A stretch of DNA of 62,625 nt, filler included. It is 4 parts of 4 records of this genome, joined end to end, with 100 filler letters (N's around TTAATTAATTAA, not from the genome) between each part and the next. Parts side by side here need not be neighbours in the genome. Positions count along the whole stretch, not along the records: positions 52,814 to 62,625 come from SRR31156797_8427; 3 more parts are not named here. One strand, written 5' to 3'. Of the stretch, positions 56,986-62,625 are shown one piece after another (position 1 is the stretch's first letter; every line of letters starts with the position of its first letter). The notes under the pieces are model-generated. The model was not told the DNA's origin and ran no database searches. It saw nothing but the letters and a program-made list of their open reading frames with translations. The translations under genes and the position numbers were made by a program.

Positions 56986-57425
56986 AATAATTCCCCCTTG
57001 AAATATAATTATGTACAGTATACATTATTTTGTTTTTTCTGTCAAATACTTTTTTCATTATTATGGAGTTTTACTCCTTCAACTTATAATCTTTTGGAAT
57101 CTTTATTTTTCATAGCATTTTCGTTGTATATACAAGTAGTAAAAAATTTCTCAACTTAATTAATTTTATTAACATACTTTTAACATGTTTTTTTCATCCG
57201 TTTAACCATTGTGAACAAAACTAACATGACAATGTGATTTTATTAACTTCTAACAAAACTTAGTTGGAGTTTTACTCCTTTTAATTGGCGCAAAATCTCC
57301 AGTTTTGGATTGTTTTATCGTTAAAAATTTAATAATCTCATTCATTTTTCTATCTTAACCCATTGATAAATCTTGAAAATAATGCTAGAATATGGCGATA
57401 AATAAATATATTAGGAGGTTGGCTA

Positions 57426-58340
57426 ATGACAACATTAGTTTTCGGGCATAAGAGTCCAGATACAGATTCAATTTGTTCAGCAATTGCATTTGCAACTTTA
57501 CAAAATGAATTAGGTGGAAACGCCGAAGCGGTTAGACTAGGGGAAATTAACAAAGAGACTGAATTTATCTTAGATCACTTCAATATCGAAGTACCAAAAT
57601 ATATTAGCAAAGTTGACAACGGACAAAAAATCATGTTAGTGGATCACAACGAAACTGCACAATCAGTTACAAACAGAGAGAATGCAGAAATTGTACAAAT
57701 CGTTGATCATCATAGAGTAGATCTTTCTACAGCAGCTCCTATCAATTTAAGAGTTGAAGCTGTTGGATGTACATCTACAATTATTTCAAAAATTTACGCA
57801 GAAAACAGTTTAACTCCTGACAAAAAAACAGCAGGAATTATGCTAAGCGCTATTTTATCTGATACTTTATTATTCAAATCTCCTACTTGCACAGACGAAG
57901 ATATTAAACAAGCTAAAAAATTAGCTGAAATTGCAGAACTTGACTATGAAAAATATGGAATGGATATGTTAATCGCAGGTACTTCATTAGGTGATAAAAC
58001 AGCAGAAGAGATCTATCACATGGATATGAAGCCTTTCCAATTTGGTACTCAGAGAGCTACAGTTGCTCAGGTTAACACTGTAGATATCAAATCTGTTATG
58101 GAGATGAAAGATGAGTTAGAAGCTGTTATGACAGATTTAATGAAAAAAGAAAATCTTGATTTTACTTGTTTCATGATTACTGATATTGTAAATAAAGGAA
58201 CTGAGTTCTTTGTAGTTGGAGATAAAACTCTTTCTAACAAAGCATTTGGAATGGATATGAATTCTGAAACAATCTATTTAGAAGGTGTAGTTTCAAGAAA
58301 AAAACAGATCGTTCCTCCTTTAACTGAAGCTGCAAAGTAA
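57426..58340 (+). CDS. ppaC: Manganese-dependent inorganic pyrophosphatase (family II, DHH)
   Basis: GHKSPDTDS, LVDHNE, VDHH, VGCTST, ILSDTL, GVVSRKKQIVP. Confidence 0.96.
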   Translation: MTTLVFGHKSPDTDSICSAIAFATLQNELGGNAEAVRLGEINKETEFILDHFNIEVPKYISKVDNGQKIMLVDHNETAQSVTNRENAEIVQIVDHHRVDLSTAAPINLRVEAVGCTSTIISKIYAENSLTPDKKTAGIMLSAILSDTLLFKSPTCTDEDIKQAKKLAEIAELDYEKYGMDMLIAGTSLGDKTAEEIYHMDMKPFQFGTQRATVAQVNTVDIKSVMEMKDELEAVMTDLMKKENLDFTCFMITDIVNKGTEFFVVGDKTLSNKAFGMDMNSETIYLEGVVSRKKQIVPPLTEAAK

Positions 58341-58357
58341 TATAAATTTAACCATAC

Positions 58358-58389
58358 AAAAAACGTCTCGACAAAGTTCGAGACGTTTT
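58358..58389. terminator. Bidirectional terminator
   Basis: AAAACGTCTCGA...TCGAGACGTTTT. Confidence 0.8.
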
Positions 58390-58395
58390 ATTTTT

Positions 58396-58980
58396 TTAAA
58401 ATCTAATTTTATAACCTATACCCAATGTTAGCATTGTTTGAGAACACTCTTCATTTTGATACTCACCCTTTGATTTTTCATAAATCAAATCATACACCCA
58501 TGTATCAAGTACCTCAAAACCAAAACCTCCTGAATAATATATTCCCTGGCTAAAATCATCACTATGATTAAAACTTATTCCATAATTTACTTTAATAAAT
58601 GGTTTATATTTTTTTGTCTCCAGAGGGAAAAATCTATAAGTAAAGTATATAGGCAGAGAATCATAAACAAATACTTCTCCCGAATCTGTTTTCATTCTAC
58701 CCCGAAATATTGCCGAGGCTCCCAAACCAAATTTAATGTCATTTTCAACTTTATAAAGTGTTTCTGACGAGATGCTTAAATTTGCTTCTGATGAATTTGT
58801 TTCACCAGCAAACTCATATTCTCCCATTATTCCAACAGATATTTTATTCTCAATCTCCATATGATCCATATAAGCTTTTCTTACCCTTCTTATCTTCTCT
58901 TTTTTCTCATCGCCATCTTCCGAGATAGTAAAAACAAACATCGTTATCATCATAACTAAATATACAATTTTTCTAATCAT
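58396..58980 (-). CDS. Outer membrane beta-barrel protein
   Basis: ATG 58980 after GGAGG; signal-like N-terminus; LPIY, KPFIKVNYG, GIYYSGGFG, C-terminal GIGYKIRF. Confidence 0.72.
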   Translation of the reverse strand: MIRKIVYLVMMITMFVFTISEDGDEKKEKIRRVRKAYMDHMEIENKISVGIMGEYEFAGETNSSEANLSISSETLYKVENDIKFGLGASAIFRGRMKTDSGEVFVYDSLPIYFTYRFFPLETKKYKPFIKVNYGISFNHSDDFSQGIYYSGGFGFEVLDTWVYDLIYEKSKGEYQNEECSQTMLTLGIGYKIRF

Positions 58981-59208
58981 TTTAACACCTCCAGCACGAA
59001 AAATTCCTTTTTTATAAATTCTCTCTATATTAATTTTATACCACATTATTCATACTAATACCCATTTTTTTGACTTGAATTTTTATTTTTAATTAGGAAT
59101 TTACTGGATAAAATGCTAAAATTAGTAAAATAAATTGAGAAAAATATTATTTTTAAATCAAAGTCAGATTAAAACATTCTGACTTAAAAAATAATTTGAG
59201 GTGATGAG

Positions 59209-59691
59209 ATGATTAGAGATGTAAGACTGGAAGATGCAGCTAAAATAAGCGATATTTACAACTATTATATTAAAAATACTATTATTACTTTTGAAGAGAT
59301 AGAAGTTGACAGTCATGAGATACAAAATAGAATAAAAACTGTTCTGGAAAAATTCTTTTGGATAGTTTACGAGGAAGATGGTGAAATCAAAGCTTATGCC
59401 TATATCACCGGATTTAAAAACAGATCTGCATATGATAAAACTGTAGAGTGCTCAATATATGTTGAAAACGGGGCTTCCGGTAAAGGAATTGGTTCTGCTC
59501 TTTTTCAGGAATTACTAAATAGAGCTAAAGACTTAAAACTTCACGTTTTAACTAGCTGTATCACATTACCAAATGAAAAAAGCGAAATTTTACATAATAA
59601 ATTTGGATTTGAAAAAGTAGCTCATTTCAAAGAAGTTGGTTATAAATTTGATAAATGGCTGGATGTAGGATATTGGCAATTAATTATCTAA
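59209..59691 (+). CDS. GNAT N-acetyltransferase (phosphinothricin/YncA-like)
   Basis: IYNYYI..TIITFEE, RSAY..TVECSIY, GKGIGS, LPNEKS..LH.KFGF, VGYKFDKWLD. Confidence 0.92.
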   Translation: MIRDVRLEDAAKISDIYNYYIKNTIITFEEIEVDSHEIQNRIKTVLEKFFWIVYEEDGEIKAYAYITGFKNRSAYDKTVECSIYVENGASGKGIGSALFQELLNRAKDLKLHVLTSCITLPNEKSEILHNKFGFEKVAHFKEVGYKFDKWLDVGYWQLII

Positions 59692-59799
59692 TATAATAAT
59701 TAAAAGAATTAATAAGAAAAAATAAATGAAATATTGCTAAGATAGCGTATAATATTTTTACAGGTTTGCAAATTATTTTTGAATACAAAGGGTGATATT

Positions 59800-60693
59800 A
59801 TGAAAAAGATGAAACTTTTATTTGTTGATGATGAACAAAATACCTTAAATAGTTTTAAAAGAATTCTCAACAATAAAAAAGATGTGTGGGATTTATACTT
59901 TTCTACCTCTGCTGAAGATGCTCTTAACAAGTGTGATGATATCTCATTTGATTTAATAATAACTGATGCCAATATGCCTGAAATTAGTGGAGTTGAACTG
60001 TTAAAAGCACTGCAAAAAAATGAATTAACAAAATATATTCCTACTATTATGCTTACAGGGCAACCTGCAGCTTCTCTTAGAAAAGAAGCTCTTGAAGCTG
60101 GTGTTGTTGAATTTCTGCATAAACCTATAATTGCAGAGGAATTTATTTTAAGACTAAGTAATGTATTAAAATTAAAAAAACTAAATGATGAACTGCTTAA
60201 AAAAAATCAATTATTAGAAAGTTTATCATACACTGATCCACTAACTAATTTATATAACAGAAGAGGTTTGATCTCAAATATAGAAGAAAAAATCTCTGTG
60301 TACAAAAGATACCATAGACCATTCTCTATCTTAATGTTTGATATTGATAACTTCAAAGCAATTAATGATAAATTTGGACATAGTGTTGGTGATGATCTAT
60401 TAATAAAAATAGCAAAAGTATTACACAAGACTCTTAGAAAAACTGACTATATATGCCGATATGGCGGAGATGAATTTTTAATTCTTCTTCCGGAAACTAA
60501 TCTGGGCGGTGCAGACCAATTCATAGAGAGAATAATAGAAAATATCAATAATATACCTCTTATGAATCAAAGAATCTCAATAAGCGGTGGAGCTGCCGAA
60601 TACAAAGGTCAGGATTTTGACGAATTTATTAGAATAGTTGATTCACTTCTATATGAAGCTAAAAGTAGTGGAAAAAATAAAATCATATATTAA
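59800..60693 (+). CDS. Response regulator-diguanylate cyclase (REC-GGDEF)
   Basis: VDDE, ITDANMP, KP; DPLTNLYNRR, DIDNFK..ND..GH..GD, RKTD I-site, YGGDEF. Confidence 0.93.
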   Translation: MKKMKLLFVDDEQNTLNSFKRILNNKKDVWDLYFSTSAEDALNKCDDISFDLIITDANMPEISGVELLKALQKNELTKYIPTIMLTGQPAASLRKEALEAGVVEFLHKPIIAEEFILRLSNVLKLKKLNDELLKKNQLLESLSYTDPLTNLYNRRGLISNIEEKISVYKRYHRPFSILMFDIDNFKAINDKFGHSVGDDLLIKIAKVLHKTLRKTDYICRYGGDEFLILLPETNLGGADQFIERIIENINNIPLMNQRISISGGAAEYKGQDFDEFIRIVDSLLYEAKSSGKNKIIY

Positions 60694-60702
60694 AAATTAT
60701 AT

Positions 60703-60741
60703 AAAAAAATGAAGCTTAATAATGAGAGCTTCATTTTTTTT
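60703..60741. terminator. Bidirectional terminator
   Basis: AAAAAAATGAAGCT...AGCTTCATTTTTTTT between the convergent DGC genes. Confidence 0.8.
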
Positions 60742-60759
60742 ATATAAATATTTTTTATT

Positions 60760-62301
60760 TTACACTTGCAGTGAAAGCTGCATTTGTTTCTCTTTTTTTA
60801 TAAAGTACATATTTTCATCTGCATTTTTTATAAACTCTTCAATTGTTTCAGGGTATGAATCTTTATACTCAGCAAATCCGTAACTTATGCCTAGTTTATA
60901 AATTTCGCCATAATTTCTGCTTAATAGCTTAACTTCATTCACAATTTTATCCAGAGTTAATTTAGCAAATCTAGGATTGATGTATTTAAAACAGATTACA
61001 ACTTCATCTCCACCATATCTAAATGCTATATCTTCAGAGTGAATATTTCTAAGAATTATTTCAGCTATCTGTTTCCTAACAATATCACCTTGACTATGAC
61101 CAAACATTGAGTTAATCTGATCAAGATTATCTATATCTATAAAACAAACAGTCAGATCAAAATCTTTATTTTTAAGTAATCTAAAAGCTTCTTCAAATAA
61201 AAGCATTCCCGATCTTCTATTTAACAGACCTGTCAGGTAATCAACTGTTGCATAATGTCTAAGTATTTGTTCCTGATTTTTTTGCTCTGAAATATTAGTA
61301 AGACCTATTAAAAATACTTTTCTTTTATGATAATAAATAGTAGACAGTGACATTAACATAGCAGTTTTTTCACCATTTATATCTTTTAATGTTATCTCTA
61401 TCTCTTTTAGCTCTTTACTGTTTCTATGAACATAATCTACTGACATCTGTCTAAGGAATTTCTCCTCAATAAATTCAGTGATTAAAAATTCAGACTGATT
61501 ATCTTTATTTAATCCTATCATATGAAGTGCCAGTTCATTCATCCTAAGTATTTTAAAGCTAAAAGGATCTACTAAACACATCATTTTTGGAGAAACATCA
61601 AAAAGTTTCTTCATATTTTTTTCATTTATAATCAAATTTTCTATTTTTTGTCTTATCTCTTTCATTAGAGGCATAAATATCAAAATACCCTCTAAAACCA
61701 GTACGAATAAAATTGTCAGTAAAAGTACAAAATTTAGAATTTGCGCTCTTCTAAATTTGATTTTACTCTCCTCTTCATAAGTAAAAACTATTTTATTCAT
61801 TCCGGGTAAAAAAATCTCTTCATTTTCAGAAATTCTATTTATATATGGTTTTAATTTAGCCTTCATATTTAATGCATCTTCATCAATTTCCAAAATTCTA
61901 TACGAATTATCTATCATGATTTCAAATGAATCATTTATTTCAGCATATAAAGTCTCTACTTCCACACTATTTCTTCCGGGTAAACCTAAATCAAGGTTAC
62001 CTACACGAAGTCCTAAATGTGATTCTTTCCATAACTCAACTGCGCCCTTTAACTCTCTCCTAAATCCATCCCTCTCGCTCATAGTCTCTGACATAAAAAT
62101 TCCATAAGCTGCTTTAGTTATTTTTTGGCTTAACATTCTTTGGCGTCCTGCAATATTTATCACATGTGAATCAAACTCTGATTTTTTATTTGAGTAGATC
62201 ATTATGAAGTGGCTAAATAAAATTAAAAACACAACGATACTAATTCCTATCAAATACCCTAACTTCAAACTATCAGATTTTTCTTTGATGTTATATTCCA
62301 T
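60760..62301 (-). CDS. Membrane diguanylate cyclase with NarX/PilJ-like periplasmic sensor and PAS domain
   Basis: Two TMs flanking INIAGRQRMLSQKI (P-box-like); PAS-like middle; DYLTGLLNRR, DIDNL..IN..FGH..GD, YGGDEV. Confidence 0.85.
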   Translation of the reverse strand: MEYNIKEKSDSLKLGYLIGISIVVFLILFSHFIMIYSNKKSEFDSHVINIAGRQRMLSQKITKAAYGIFMSETMSERDGFRRELKGAVELWKESHLGLRVGNLDLGLPGRNSVEVETLYAEINDSFEIMIDNSYRILEIDEDALNMKAKLKPYINRISENEEIFLPGMNKIVFTYEEESKIKFRRAQILNFVLLLTILFVLVLEGILIFMPLMKEIRQKIENLIINEKNMKKLFDVSPKMMCLVDPFSFKILRMNELALHMIGLNKDNQSEFLITEFIEEKFLRQMSVDYVHRNSKELKEIEITLKDINGEKTAMLMSLSTIYYHKRKVFLIGLTNISEQKNQEQILRHYATVDYLTGLLNRRSGMLLFEEAFRLLKNKDFDLTVCFIDIDNLDQINSMFGHSQGDIVRKQIAEIILRNIHSEDIAFRYGGDEVVICFKYINPRFAKLTLDKIVNEVKLLSRNYGEIYKLGISYGFAEYKDSYPETIEEFIKNADENMYFIKKEKQMQLSLQV

Positions 62302-62625
62302 TAACGCCTCTCTTTCAAATTTTTTCTATAAAAAACACTTGGATAGAATATATCATATTTACAAACTTAAGTCAAGTTTTGTTTTGTTTTACGTAAACTT
62401 TTTACAAACATTTAAGTCGTTTTCAACCCAATATGTTCGCTAAACCTGTATATACATAGATCTTTTTATATGAAATGTCGTAAAAAAAAATTGTATTTTA
62501 TAGAATTTAATCCTATACTTTTAGTGAGGGTCATTTTCTAAATTATATGCTAAAGCAAAATATTTTATTATTAAGAAGTCTTGCTTATTATTATTTACTA
62601 TATAAATTCTAATTAGTTTCTGGTA

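Noticed and set aside
1-62625. CRISPR array, cas genes, rRNA, prophage structural genes, reverse transcriptase
   Set aside because: No repeat-spacer periodicity or diagnostic motifs seen by eye

Overview
The window is four unrelated contigs joined by 100-nt artificial linkers (N44-TTAATTAATTAA-N44 at 31925-32024, 42941-43040, 52714-52813), so no linkage can be inferred across linkers. Contig 1 (1-31924, AT-rich) looks like a spore-forming clostridial Firmicute. It carries a C11 peptidase, ArsR plus two permeases, a two-component system divergent from a His-rich micropeptide, a SASP, a LexA-boxed DinB/SRAP pair, a GH67 alpha-glucuronidase with an ABC importer and AraC, a mosaic pseudogene, a MATE and a truncated tRNA-Met. 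Contig 2 (32025-42940) is clearly more GC-rich and plausibly Desulfobacterota-like (inference). It carries an aminotransferase/SCP2/APC operon, comEC, DnaJ/MerR, a Ser/Thr kinase-cNMP fusion, a C45 peptidase and an MBL hydrolase. Contig 3 (43041-52713, AT-rich) is the highlight: a six-gene co-oriented Thoeris-like locus. It encodes an unknown membrane protein, three stand-alone TIR proteins, a TIR-like/TIR/SLOG fusion and a ~1200-aa multi-TM-TIR-TM-beta-propeller receptor-like protein. No SIR2, macrodomain or caspase effector is visible, and a convergent MNT-HEPN gene follows. Contig 4 (52814-62625, AT-rich diderm, possibly Fusobacteriota) has an IS630 fragment, three OMP beta-barrels, AraC/EamA, ppaC, a GNAT and two diguanylate cyclases. 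All family calls come from motif recognition by eye; no searches were run.
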